Shown piece after piece: positions 48,742 through 62,479 of a DNA stretch of 64,000 nucleotides. Source of the DNA: Felis catus (Eukaryota); assembly GCF_018350175.1 (NCBI RefSeq), contig NC_058368.1, forward strand, positions 50,221,815 to 50,285,814, in the 5' to 3' direction. The position numbers were made by a program, and so were the translations under genes. Below the pieces are notes generated by a model, which did no database searches, was not told the origin of the DNA, and saw nothing but the letters and a program-made list of their open reading frames with translations. Each line of letters opens with the position of its first letter. Position 1 is the first letter of the stretch.

Positions 48742-51700
48742 GCAATCTAAGAAAAGTGCCAGAGGAACATGAGGAGAGAGAACATGAGATCAAAGATGAC
48801 GTTTTCTACAAGTGTTGGCCTCACTGCTTTTTGGTGAGTGAAGTCTGAGTGTCGGGGCTTCATAAACATGCTCTGCTTGTCATCAGCGTCAGTGCAAGGG
48901 AGGTAAGGGTGACGCTGTCCTTTTCACCATTGTATCTGTCTTACCTAGAGATGCTCAATAAATATTTGTTGAAAGCACATGTCAGTGGAATTGCCCTCTG
49001 CTGAAAATAAAAGCAGTGGATTATTTTCTCTCAAAAACGCACATGACCTCATGGATTTCTGAGTCAGCAGGGGACCGGTACTCCCTCTGTGTCAGGGAGA
49101 AGCAATGGCAGTTGCCCACTGATTTTCTGGCTCTCCACATACGAGTGCGGATGTTGGACTGACCTCTTCCCTGCAGACTGCCAGAGTTCTTAGTCTACTC
49201 ACAAGGAGGAGAGAGCCTCTCCAAGAATATTCCTGCTCCCCTGATAAGAAGAACCTTGAGCTGGCTTTGGTACACACTATTCAACAGCAGAGATGTGCCA
49301 ACGCTTATGTCCAAGTCTCTGCAGGAGTTTACTATATTCACATATAGAAATAAATTCATAAACTCATGACTTTGCAGCTGATACAAAGGCACTGATTCAG
49401 TAAGAAGGTCCTGGGACTCAAAAACAAAGTTTCCAACATGGATAGCACAGGACAAGAACCATATGAGACACAGATGAGAATCCAGCCTAAAGCCAGACTA
49501 AAAAAAATTAATATTATCTTTTAGAGTGAGGAGAAATTATTAACTAATATAAAAATCTACCTCATACCCTGTGAGATTCATGTTTTATAATTATGAACAG
49601 TAAAATATACGTCTCAGAGATGTGGACTGTTATTGTCAGTCAACTTTTAGAACAGCTGAATTTAAGAAACCCTCCTGGTTTTGTTATAAACGGACCCCTG
49701 GGTCTCGTGGCAGCCTGCAAGGTTCTGAGTGGGCCAAGCGAGGCAAGCTAGTGTCCTTAACAGAAATTTATCTCGAAACTGCTTTTTTTCTGGCATGTTG
49801 TGGTGCCCATCAGTTTATGGATGGCGGAAGTAAAAGCAGTGTTCTGATTCTCACATGTTGTTTATCTGCACTTCTTTCAGACTGATGGCACGGTAGCAAT
49901 TCTTCGGAGGTTGGCAAAGACCTTAACATTTCTGGGAGGAAGTGGAGCGGGTTTGGTTGGGATAGGGAGGTCTTTGCTGTCTCTCAGGGGATATGGTTTT
50001 GGAGGGAGGCTGGTGGATTCTCCCATGGCCTCTTTTACTCTGTAGTTTGGTCAAAGAGGAGTCAAGTGATACCAACAACAAAAATAATACTCGGTGTTTA
50101 TTGAGTGTCCACTATGTTTTGGGGGCTGTGTTAAGTATTTTACATATATTGTTACTTTTTAAATGGTGAGTACAACGCTATCAGTTCAATGGTACTACAT
50201 TCATTAGGTGGATGGGAAAATTGAGCCACAAAGAGATTTAGAAACTTGGCTGTAGCTAGTCAGAGAGAAGTCCTCCTGTGGAGGTATCACCAGGAGGGAT
50301 GCAAGGACCCCAGGCGAGGAGACGGAAGAAACTGGAGATAAACTCTGCAGACCTTGCTGGCTCTGCACCTGCCCTGACTGTGTTCCACAGACTGGATTTT
50401 CCAGGCACTGTGTGTGTGTATGCGTGTGCGTGCGTGCACACGCGTGTGTGTTTATAATACCAGATTGTAGTTTTAAGCACATTTGGGCCAAGCGAGGATA
50501 CATTACAGAGGCTAAGTGGGGTGATGCACAAGTGGAAATAAAGGATTCAGGGGTCATTTCCTATCTAAAAACCTATCAAATAAAAGTGATTCGTGCTGCC
50601 CACTGCAATGCTGGAGTAACAAATGGATAATAATATCTGACACTTGCTTCACAGAGTCCTACTTTTCCAGAATGATTCCCTGAAACCAACATTATAACGA
50701 TCTTCTTTTAAGTCCACCTCCCTAAAGTTAGACTCTTTTGATGTCAGAATCAGCAGTGGAAGTGGTTACCAGCTTCCTTTGCTCTTTAGCCACGTTGCCT
50801 AGTGTTTTTCCATGTTTTCTGAACTTTTCCTGATTGTGGAAGTGGAAGGGAAGTGGAAGGCAGGAGAAGAGTGAAGGATGGACAAAGCAGAAATACATCC
50901 TCTTTTAGAAACATTTATTCTAGTGGTTCAATTTCTTTTCAGCTTCACTAAAGCAGATCAATGTATACCCATGATAGTCTGGGTTTAAAAAGAGAGAGCG
51001 AGAGAGAGAGAGAAAGAGAAAGCGTAACAAGATAAAAGTTTCCTCACCAGGACTTCTCTCAGGGGAGGGAGAATTTTGTTGTGTGTGGCGGGGAGAACTT
51101 CATTAAGTTGCTTGGGTTGGAGAGTAAGACCCAAAGGGCATGCCCGGGAAGGAAAAGAGAGTCCCCTAATCACAAGATAGGACAAGAAAGGAAATGTATG
51201 TGCATAACAGGTAGATACAAAAGAATGGGGGTGGTGGGATGATCCGGAGTGAAAGCTCCGGGAACAGCATGGCTTTAGGAAATTTGGGGGGAAGAAAAAT
51301 GTGCTCCATGAATTTTTAAGTTGGTTTTTGTCTGTGCTCTGGCAGTTACTCTTCTCTGCTTCTGTTCTTCAAGTCCTAGCAGAATAATCTTCGTTGCAAT
51401 AGACGTTTCTCACTCTTTTTGGGGGGATAAAAGTGGATTCTTTTGAGAAAACTTGACGATGCTTTTCCTGTGTTTGGGGCAAATGGGTAGCAGGTGGGAA
51501 CACATCGGGCAGCTAACGTGTGCATGACAGAGTGATGAAGGATAGTAATTTATATTGAATGGCAACTGTCATATTTTTGTAATTGAGAATATCTCATTTT
51601 ATATAGAGAGCATTTAGTTTAATTTTGTTTTGCTTATGATTTTATCTTTTCCTTTTTGTGTAGTATTTCGTATGGCTCCCTCCAGGAAAGCTAAGGTGGT

Positions 51701-51816
51701 CGATTACCCGTTGGCGGATAATGCCACTTGTGGGTGATCTGTTGCTTTCTCTAATGAATTATATGTTTTGTGACTTTTTTCAAGGCACATTCCATGGCTT
51801 GGCAAGCTGTCGAATA

Positions 51817-52381
51817 CAATAATAGTTCCTTTATTTGTGGTTTTGCTTTCTGCTGTCTCAGTTACTGATGGTCACCCATGGTCTGGAAGCAGATGGTCCT
51901 CGTTTTGATGAACCGTGAGAAGGTCCAGAGTAGCCACATGCTACGTGCCTGTGTCGTTCCCCTCACATGATCTCAGCATGTGGGCGTTTTAGCATCTTAT
52001 ATCGTCACAAGAAGACAGGTGAATACAACACAATAAGATATTTTGAGAGAGAGAGAGAGCAACAGCTATATAACTTTTATTACAGTATATTGTTATTAAC
52101 TATCCTATTTTTATTATTGTTATTAATCTCTTACTGTGCCTGACTTAAAAATTAAGCTTTATGCTTAAGAGACTGTTAAAAACTGAGAACAAACTGAGGG
52201 TTGATGGGGGGTGGGAGGGAGGAGAGGGTGGGTGATGGGTATTGAGGAGGGCACCTTTTGGGATGAGCACTGGGTGTTGTATGGAAACCAATTTGACAAT
52301 AAATTTCATATATTAAAAAAATAATAATAAATAAAAAAAAATAAGCTTTATTATAGGTATGTATGCACAGGAAAAAACATG
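51817..52381 (+). mobile_element. Tigger/MER44-like element, right end missing, interrupted by L1
   Basis: Same internal sequence as the other copies ('ctggaagcagatggtcct...aataagatattttgagagagag...aacttttattacagtatattg'). Confidence 0.85.
52163..52341 (+). mobile_element. Young felid L1 extreme 3' end
   Basis: 'gagaacaaactgagggttgatgggggg...gggtattgaggagggcaccttttgggatgagcactgggtgttgtatggaaaccaatttgacaataaa'; TSD taagctttat (52153-52162 / 52342-52351). Confidence 0.92.
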
Positions 52382-52848
52382 CAGAGATGCCATACACTCT
52401 CCTGGAGAGCTAGTTCTGAGTTGCAAAAATAAGAAAATAAAATTGTAAGAAAGAAGGCATTGTTCATGGTGAGTGAAAATAAATGCACAGGCAGATGGGA
52501 ATGAAGAGCTGTTTGCCCTGCCTGAAGGAAAGCACTAGAGACTTTTGAAGATAATATCCTTAACATTTATATGGCTCTTCATATTTTTAAAGTGCTTCCT
52601 GGTAATTAAGAGTCATTAATCAGATATTAGCTGCAGGTTATTCAATGAAATAGTTGTTGATTTCAACTCAGAGCTGTATATAATTTTGCAGACTAGAACT
52701 GATTCCTTTTACATTTCACAAAAATCTTGACTTTCTTGTGCACATTGAGAGTGTCGCTACGTGTGAGTTTTCATTATGCATACCAAGATGTACTTACTAT
52801 TATATGAATTCACATTTATATACCAGTTTGTGATTTGTTGGCTTGATA

Positions 52849-53256
52849 CAGTGATCCCTCCTTATCCATGGTTTCACTTCCTGCAGTTTCAGTTACTTAC
52901 AATCCAGAAGCAGATAATCCCCCTTCTGCCGGTTCTGGATTCTGCCAGAATCCCCCAGTTCTGCCGAACTGCCAGATCGGTAGTAGCCTAATGCTCTATC
53001 ACATTGGCTACGTCATTCACCTCAAGTCATTTCATCACACAGACGTTTTATCATCTCACGTCAAAACAAGAAGAAGGATAAGTACGGTACAATGAGATAT
53101 TTTGAGAGAGAGAGAGAGAGAGAGAGAGACTACACTCATGTAACTATTATAGTGTGTTGTTATAATTGTTCTATTTTATTATTATTATTGTTAATGTCTT
53201 ACTGAACCTAATTTATAAATTAAATTTTGTCATAGGTATATATATATATATATATG

Positions 53257-53303
<47 letters not shown>

Positions 53304-53392
53304 AATACATATAGGATTTGGTACTATGTGTGGTTTCAGGCATCCGGTGAGGGTCTTGAGACATACCTTCCATAGATAAGAGAAGACAACTG
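52849..53392 (+). mobile_element. Tigger/MER44-like element, complete, with internal (GA)n and (TA)n expansions
   Basis: TIRs cagtgatccctccttatcc / gataagagaagacaactg; 5' TA flank; (GA)n ~53104-53128 and (TA)n ~53238-53298. Confidence 0.87.
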
Positions 53393-53984
53393 CATTTACA
53401 ACATGTATGGAGACAAGACTATATAGGGAAACTCAAGTTTTAGAAGTATCACAGTGTAATTCATCACTGAATGCTCTTGCGTAACACAGGGGGACATGCT
53501 GGCTTGGAGTGGCCAGTAAAAATCCAAAATAGAGTCTCCTTTCTTCTATAGTTTGAATGTTGCCACTTGGATGCACCAAAAGATTTTCACTGCAAGTGGA
53601 TGCCTTATCTACTTGGCTATTTCTAGGAATAATAACTTAGTTTACCTCCAATCTAAGCTGAAATAAATTATACATGTTAGACTGAGATTTATTTGGCACA
53701 TTTGTATCTAGATAGCAAGAAACACTTGTTTCCCATTTGTATTTCTGCATACCTGTTCTTCAACCAATTATCACAGGTAATTGAGGTCTGAGGGAAGCCA
53801 TAGGTCCTTGGAGTTGAGCTTTTCAGAAATTAATGGGGACTCCTTTGGCTTTGATGTTTGAATATATTAATATCACTATAATTCTCATTGGTTTTCCTAT
53901 AAAGGCTATGAAACTGTGGTTATTTCTCCCCACAGAGCCTCCACATTTCTCTTCCTCCTATAATCATAAACTTTGTCATAGGTC

Positions 53985-54200
53985 TCTGCAGTCTGCAGCC
54001 AGATGGCCTGGTTTTGAATCCTATTCTCTGACTTACCAGCTGTGTGACCTTGGACAGATTACTTTGCTTCTCTGACACTTGGTTTACTTATCTGCAAAAT
54101 AAGTATCTCCTGCCATCAGTTGTTAGAGGGTTAAGTGAGTAAATATTTATAAAGCGCTTGGAACAGTGTCTGGCACATTTGTACTACTACATAATTATCT
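53985..54200 (+). mobile_element. MIR SINE
   Basis: 'cttaccagctgtgtgaccttggacagattactt...gtttacttatctgcaaaat' MIR core. Confidence 0.75.
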
Positions 54201-57200
54201 GTTAAACCTATTAAAGGTTTCACATTTCAAAAATACCTTGTTGAGCTGAATGTAGAAGATATTCTATTAATGTTTGCTGAGTCTTTTTTTTATAATTCAC
54301 ATTTTGAAATACTTTGCCAAAAAATGCGTTCAGATTTCTTCACTTAGCAAAAAAGAAATTATACTTTGCTATGGGTAAATTTTAAGGGACAAAAATTGGC
54401 TCAATTTCCACTGCCAAGAACTGCTTGAAGACTGGGCAAAGAATATTTGGTGGTGGTTATTAAACATTGTGGACATGTTGGCAAGAAAGAGAAGGGCTGG
54501 GTTAGCGTTAGCTTCTCATGCTCGTGCTCATTGGTGAGTTCGAGGCAGGAAGCTTGGGAGGGCTTGGAAAATCTTCCTTGTAGTTCTTCAGCTTTACTCA
54601 CACCCTATTTCACTGCTACGTAGGTTAAGAAAAAGTCACAAAGCAAGCCAACAGCCAGAAAAAAAGGGAGTGATTTGTTCCAGGAATGTTTAAGAATTCC
54701 CCCAGATTCTCAAATGAAACAATTTTCATTAAGTAAAAATATTTTAATGTTATGCAACAAACTTTTAGAAGGGTGAATTTTGTGAACAACAACAACAAAC
54801 AGATACAGAATAATGGACCATTAAAATTCCTGAAAGATTGCATTACATTTAGAACATTTTTCTTGGAAGTATAAATTTCAGGGTACTCTTAGGATCATAC
54901 AGATGAGGTCAGGAAACTGATGTTCCAGCCCCAAATCCATCATAGAAACAGTTGCTCTTATCTATATTTCAAGAGCTAGTACAGATTCCCAATATTGACT
55001 CTATAGTTCCTTTTTTTTCCATAATGTTGATTCAGGTTAGGCAGATGATTAAGTTATGATAGGCTAAATTGTAGTTCAATAACAGGTGACCCTACCTCTG
55101 ACTGGTAACAAAACTGTGTTTTGTATTCCTACAGTACTCTGAAGCCAAGTAACCCTCCCTCCCCTCAAGGTTATTTATTCCTCCTCAGCCCTGCCTCTCC
55201 TCTAGCTAAAGATGCCTACTGCTTACTCAGTGCAAGACTCTTAGTGGGGACTGGAAGGACCTCCCTCTCCCTCAGGGACTCTGCGTCTACCTCTCCCTGA
55301 GAAACAGATTTTACATGGTCCCTGGGGGTAGGAATATTTCCTATCCCTCCCATGCCACTTCAAATTTTTGTTCTAAGCTGGTAGCTGGTAGACCACATTT
55401 GGCCTTTGAAAAGTCATTAAAATTGTAGCTGTTTTCTTTTTCTTCTTCTTCTTCTTTTTCTTACCTGCTTTTATGGTGGTCCACTTTTCTTCCCAGCCTT
55501 TTCCAAAGGTGATAGTCCTATGACCTTCCTCCTCTGAGGAGCTTGGTACCATTTGTACTTTGTTTGATGCCTTGTAACCTCAACTCCCTGATGGCCTCAA
55601 GAAAAATTATGATTTTGTAGACTATCTGACTTTTTCTAGTTGTTAGGGGGGAGCGATGTTCTCTTGCAGCTTTATGCATTTTAAGCAGAAGCTGAATTGA
55701 TTTTGAAGCCTTCATCAGAAGGTAATTGTGTATGCTTCTATAGCCCAGCCAGGAGATGCAGAAAGACAAGAGTTCCAGAAATTCAGCGGAACAGCTACAT
55801 TTGACCCAGCCAAAGGAGCATATTCTTGTTCATCTTTCTAATGATGCAGAGAAGTGGGAACTCAGTATGTCCTGTTCAAAATGTCTACCTCGGTAATCCT
55901 TTCATGTGGAATTAATCATAATCTCTGTATCTTATAGTCAAGGCCACTTCACTTTGGTCCCCAAAGGCTTTTCTCAACATCTCCCGGCGTGCTCAGCTGC
56001 ACCTGTGATTCAGTCACATGAGTTGATAGACCTCAGAGAGGGGTCAGACCTCCTTCACTGGAATCCAGAGTACGTCACTTACTAGTTCTGTGACCCGGGG
56101 CTAGCTGCTGAAACTCTCCATGGCTCAGTTTCTTCATTGGTAAAATGGAGAAAGTAGTAATACATACTTGCACCATAGATTTGTTATGAGATGCCCAACT
56201 TATTCTAGACTATTTCCATTTCTCTGAGAACCTCTTGTGCAAAACTAGAGTATATAAAACTCTAATGTTCAGCTCAGATTCAAATTGGTATCACATTTCC
56301 CCTTTGCTGTTCTTAAGATTGCTTTTGTGAGCACGTAAGAAATGTGAGCCTACTTCATTCATGTAGAAAAGTAGGAGGTCCTTCTAAACGTAGGGCAATG
56401 GGTGAAGACACCTAGTTTGATGAGTTCTAAATCATTCCCAAGCCTTTTCTCTTATTATCCTGTTTAGCTTACAATCTTGTTATTCCTACTAAAAGAGTAT
56501 TAAGATTGAATAATAATTGATTTGAAGTTCTAGCTATCAGTGGAGTTTTAAAAAACCACTTTAGTTCTCTGGAATGTGGCTCTACCAACTGTTCTTGCAC
56601 TAGGAGCCAAGGAAGGAGAGAGCAATGTGTTGTTGAGACCATCTGGAGGATATATGTGGCTGAACCCTGTTAGAACCTCTCTATAAACTTTTAAGAGTCT
56701 GGCAGGCAGGTGTGTGGATTTACTCATTTGTAGTCACCAAAGGTGAAAGCCTCATGAGTTCCCTTGCTTGTTAAAACTGCCGCCCATGAGTCTGGGGTGG
56801 CCGGCTTCTGTCTTCTCTCTCTCCTTGGCTCTGTGTCTGCGGGCCAGTTGCCAATTTCACCCAGGGAGCTCCTAAGGTTTTGAACCGACAGAGGGAGAAC
56901 GTTCCCTCCCTGAAACATAATTCCTGAGTCCTTTCCCAGACACCATACACGTGTATATATTCAGTGCCCACAGAAAATCAGCCTCTGTATATATGCTATG
57001 TGGTAGACACTTTGTTAGCCCTGCTCTAATGAGTTCAGACCCTTTAGATGTACTTTACTGAGTTTATTGAGTGAGGAAAATGGATTACATAATGTTCCTG
57101 ACACTGCTTTGTTTACTGAGATGAAGTAATTTGCCAAAACAAACAAACAAACAAACAAGCAAACAAAAAAAACCAAAGCAAAACAAAAAACCCTTCAAGG

Positions 57201-58293
57201 TTATGTTATAGCATATGCAAAAGCCATAAAATTAGCCTCTAATGTCTCAAATTGCAGCGAGGTACAGTGTAGAGGTAGGAAATTTTCTGAGATGGAGAAT
57301 GTTCACTATGCTTAGTTTTAAATCCCTTATCCAGTCCATCCCTGTGCTGGGCACATAGTAGGTCTGTTGGGTGACATAGCACATACTGAACAAACGCGTG
57401 TTGCATGATTGATGCATAGAAGAGCTGGCGTACTTTGTCACACACACACATACACACAAAGGCACCATAGGCTTTGAAAATGAAGATCATAGTCTAAGCA
57501 GGTAGTTGTCCTTTATGGAGAACCCACCATGTGCCTGTCTCTGTGCTAAGGATTTTATCTAGGCGAATTCACTTACTCTCAGAAGAACCTGCAAAGGTAG
57601 ACTTTATAGCATGAGGCATCAGTGATAGAATTGGAGCTGGTGTTCTGATGAGGTCTAGAAGACAGGGAACAGAAAGAGAGGTAGAGTGTTCTTAACCTTC
57701 TGTTATATCACCGCTGCTCTCCTCTTCATCCTGAGATGGGATGAGGGCTCCCATACCTGATGTAGAAGACTGATGTAGGTGTATGTAAAATCAAGGAATT
57801 GATAAACATCTTCAGCTTGCTGAGCCATAATTAATTCCTATGCCATGTTCCCTATTTTTAATGACTAAAAAGATCATAATTTCACAACTTCCTCTGTCTG
57901 ACCATCATTCATTAGAACTATTGTTAGCCTAACAAATCCCCTGGTTCTCATTCTAAATCATCTCTTCATTTAATTTTACCCCGTTTGTTACTCTTAATCC
58001 TTTCTGAATAATATCTCATTCTGTTTTTTGGACTGGTTCGAACTTCTCACTCTTTCCCTGTGGATTTTGCTTGTCCAACATACTTATTTCACTCTTGTTA
58101 AATTTCCTTATTAGGCAGCTCTTCCACTTCTTAAATTGTTTTGTGTTTCATTCTGAATGATTTCTGACATTTAAATTATTTATGGTTAGGAATGTTGCAG
58201 AACCAAATGCAGTATCTTCCAGAATTATGCAGAATGTGCCTGGGGGAAAAGCCTAAGTGTGAGTCCATCATGTCTAACGTCTTCTTTAGGGAT

Positions 58294-58756
58294 TTTTGTG
58301 AATGAATTGTGTCCCACAAAAAGCTATGTTGAAGTCCTAACCCTCAGTGCCTATAAATGTGACCTTACTTGGCAATATGGCATTTGCAGATTTAATTAAG
58401 TTAACATGATATCATAGTTAAATAAGGATAGGCCTTTAATCCAATGTGATTGGTATTCTTATGTGAAGAGAAGACACACAGAGAAAAACACGTAGCAGGA
58501 ATGCCCTGTGATAACAGAGACAGAGATCGGAGTGATGTGTCTACAAGCCAAGGAGCAGGAGGGATTGATGGCGACTCCAAAAATTAAGGAAGGTATGGAA
58601 TAGATTCTCCCTTCTAGAGCCTTCAGAAAGAGCATGGCCATACCAACTCCTTGATTTCAGACTTTTGGTCTCCAGAACTGTGAGACAACAAATTTCTGTT
58701 ATTTTAAGCCACAAGGTTTGTAGTAATTTGTTACGGCAGCCTATGAAACCAATACA
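58294..58756 (+). mobile_element. MLT1B/C-like MaLR solo LTR
   Basis: 'gaattgtgtcccac...tatgttgaagtcctaaccc...ttgttacggcagcctatgaaaccaataca'; 5-bp TSD gggat/gggac. Confidence 0.9.
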
Positions 58757-60210
58757 GGGACTAAACCATTTCCTGATTTATCATCATCCTCACCTTAGTT
58801 GTAATAATGTCAATATACTGGGCATCAGTGTGTTCCTGGAAATGGGCTAAGTGTAAGCATGTCATATCTGATTGAATCCTCATAGCCCCTCGATTTATTT
58901 TTCCTGATATACAGATTAAGAGACTGAGTATTGGTGAAGTTGAATACATTCTAGTAAGAGGTGGATCTTGAAATGGATCCAAATGGATCAACTCCAAAAC
59001 CAGTGCTTTGAATCACTATGCTTTTCTGCCATCCACGGAAGCAGTATGATCATTTTCTTTTACTGATTTAACATTTGAGGATTATATTCTATATATAGCA
59101 TTCTAGCTTCATTTTTTAACAGGATAAAGTCATTGTTATTTCCCTCCCCCCCCCCCCCATATTCCATTACATTTCTAATTCTTCTAGCATCCTCTGTTCT
59201 CATTATTACTACTCACTTTCCTTCTTTAAATAGATTTTAGTCACTAGTAAAGTAAGGAATCAGCTCAGGAGAAACTTGATTATTATTTGTTTATGTCTCT
59301 GAGGAAAAGTATAGGTCAAAACAACTTCTCTGAAGCTTGCAATTCAAGGAGATGAGTGTCTAACTATTAGCACACAAATATGCTGTGTCTGCCTTTCCTT
59401 CACGTTATAATTTGGTTAAAAAACTATTCTTGGCTGAAACAAGGAGCAATAATCAAAGATTCCTTGGCTTCATGCTCTGAGGAAATGTTTTGAAAAGCTT
59501 CTAAAGTGACCCAAAACCTTTTGGCATGGTTGAGAGAAAAGTCTGGAAAGGAGAAGCCCCAGTAACTATTCTCTCTTTCATTTGGTTACTCGATTTACTT
59601 TATTTTTAGCTTATTTGTTACTAAAAATGCCTTAGAGTTTTATCTTATTATCCATAAAGCTCTTTCATTTATATTATTCAGTTGATTCACACAACATTTT
59701 TGAGATACAAGCAGGACAGATATTATTACTCTCATTTTAAAGATGACATGTAGAGATGACATGTTTTGCTTAGGGTCATACAGGCAGTAAATGGAAGTGG
59801 TATTAGACCCAGAGATTGTGATTTCTAACATCCAGTTGTATTTTCATAAACCAATGCAAATTAATAACAAAAATTAGCATCTATATTGTATATTTAATCT
59901 CAGAATCCTCATAGCCACATTATAAAGTAGATTTCTAAAATTGCTATTTCAAAAACCCGTGGACAAAGACCTAAAAGAGAAGCTTAAGAGGGTTGAGTAA
60001 TGCAACAGAGGATTTGAACCTACGACAAAACACACACCTTTGCTATTTTACTGCACATCGTCCCCAAAGCAAGCATTTGTTAATGTTAAAATTAACGTTT
60101 GTTAATATTAACCAAGAAATGGTCCACAAGGTGATGATACACCAGGAAGGTCAATCCCAGCCTGGAATCAGGCGACTTGGAGAATAGTGTAATTTGAATG
60201 AAAAGGCATC

Positions 60211-60718
60211 CAGTAGTCCTCCCTCATCCGCAGTTTCGTTACTTCCGACAGGACGCAGACGATTCTCCTGACGAATCATCAGAGGGTCAACAGTAGCCTA
60301 GCGCTGCGTCACAGTGTCTGCGTCATTTTCTTCGCTTCATCTCATCACATAGGTATTTTACCGTCTCACATCGTCATAAGAAAAGGGGTGAGTATAGTGC
60401 AATAAGATATTTAGAGAGAAAGAGGGAGACTACATTCACGTAACTTTTATTACAGTACATTTTTGTGATGGCTTCCCGGCCGCTTGGCTAAGGTCAAGTG
60501 TAGTATTATAGTACATTGTTATAATTGTTCTGTTTTATTATTAGTTGTTATTATTAATCTCTTACTGTGCCTAATTTATAAATTAAGTGTATTGTAAGTA
60601 TGTACATATGTATAGGAAAAAAGCATAGTATATATAGGGTTCAGTACTATCCGCGGTTTCAGGCATCCATGGTGGGGGTTGGGGGTGGAACAGATCTGTG
60701 GATAACGGGGGACTGCTA
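60211..60718 (+). mobile_element. Tigger/MER44-like element carrying a U2 snRNA insertion
   Basis: TIRs cagtagtcctccctcatccgc / gtggataacggggactgcta-type ends; internal sequence shared with the other copies. Confidence 0.88.
60468..60506 (+). pseudogene. 3'-truncated U2 snRNA retropseudogene (U2 nt 1-39)
   Basis: atggcttcccggccgcttggctaaggtcaagtgtagtat versus U2 ATCGCTTCTCGGCCTTTTGGCTAAGATCAAGTGTAGTAT (34/39 identical), including the GTAGTA branch-point recognition sequence; ~20-bp flanking direct repeat. Confidence 0.88.
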
Positions 60719-62479
60719 TATATTTCTTTTACATTGAAACTTCAGTGGAGTCCAGATTCCCTTGATTCCCAATTCACATCACATCTGCCTATTCTGACAG
60801 AGCATTTAAATAATTTACTTGACTTTTAAAACATGTACTCATAGGGTTTCTTCCCTGTCAGCGTTTGCTCAGGTACCCTGATGAGACGTGTAGTTGAAAT
60901 CCTTGAGTGATGACGGCTCTGTGCTATTAGGTGACAGGTTTCAGCACCTGACAGACAGTCTAATTGGTTTAACAGTGATCAGACTTTTGAGAAGTTAAAC
61001 CCACCTTCGAATCACAATGACATATAATGGGAGAGTTTGGAAAAAAACCCACACACAACAGCCTCCAATTTTTTTCCCCTGCACTTTATTGTTACATGTA
61101 CAGACCACATTTTTTTTTTGCAGTTAAATCTTAGAGACAAACATTTTTTTCTTTTCAGAAAGAAGGCTGGGTTAGGAGCTTTATCAGAATGTTTTATATT
61201 GAGCAAATTTCTTTGGACTCATTTGAAAAAATAGAAATCTCTTATTTAAAAGAGATGTGTGATGGAAAATCTTTGTACACTAACCATTGAATTATTGACT
61301 TCTCTGTATACTTAGATTGGAGGATATTGGAAGATTTTCTTTAAATTATTCATTGAATGGCTTTAAAGTAAATTTAATCCCCAGAAATATTCAGAGCCTT
61401 TATTTTGAATGAGGAAAGACAATCAATTCACTGAGAATTGTTTGTGTCCAAATATCAATGTATCTGAGTTATGTTTACTTTCACATGTGCCATCTAATGA
61501 AATATTCAGAGTGGCTTTTCATTTTCCAGAGTCAAGTCATCTTAAATAATTTATTCATCTATAGAATCAGGCTAGCATTAAATCACTTCCCAGGATATTG
61601 ACAGAAATCTGTTTTCCTCCCAATTTCAACACATACTAAAACCCAAAATGAATTCAACATTGGAGTAAGTGATTAATCTAATTTGTACTTTATGCAGTTA
61701 AAAAGCCTAATATAAAAAGCCTATATAATTTTTTCTTTAAAATTTTAATGACTTAACCTTTAGGTTGTGTGTTGATATTATTGGTTGTTTTAGCAACCTG
61801 CTGTCCACTTATGCTGGATTGACAGAACATATCTAATACATTGTTTTTAACAGTCAACTTCAGTGCCATCAGAGGCAGTGTCATAGCACCTCTTTATACT
61901 AAAGAATTTATCAGCCATTACTCTATTGTGAGGGGTTTTCTATGTCTGGGTTTCTATGTCTGGGATTCAGTCTACTTGTAGACAGAGGGCCAATTTAATG
62001 GAGAGATACACCTTTCTGTTTCAGCAGTGATATTCTACAGCTGAAGAGTAACAAAAAGCAAATCAGGATGTTGACATTAAAACTGCAACTATATTCTGAC
62101 ATTTTCATGGGACTCCTTTTATGATGTGTAATTTTCCTAGGTTTTTTCCTGTTACGTAATTTTTTTCTAGATCTTTTTTATGGAAAGCGAATTCAATGTC
62201 ACATTTATCAGTCTAGTTTCCTTGCTTAACATGAGAATCTTTGGTTTCTTAGGGTTATTCCTTAAGATACCATTGATATATCAGAGGGCCTTAGTATTCT
62301 TTAGTAAAAATTTAGAGGAAAACAATTTGGAACTTTTGCCAAGGCTCTGAATCGCTGAGTTTGGACACTTCTCTGTTGTCCATGCAATGCTGGTGGTGCT
62401 TTCTAGGGACTACAAATGCTCACTCTAAACCGAGTCACTGCCATGCAAGCAATACTTCCTAGTGACTCTAGGCAGAGGC

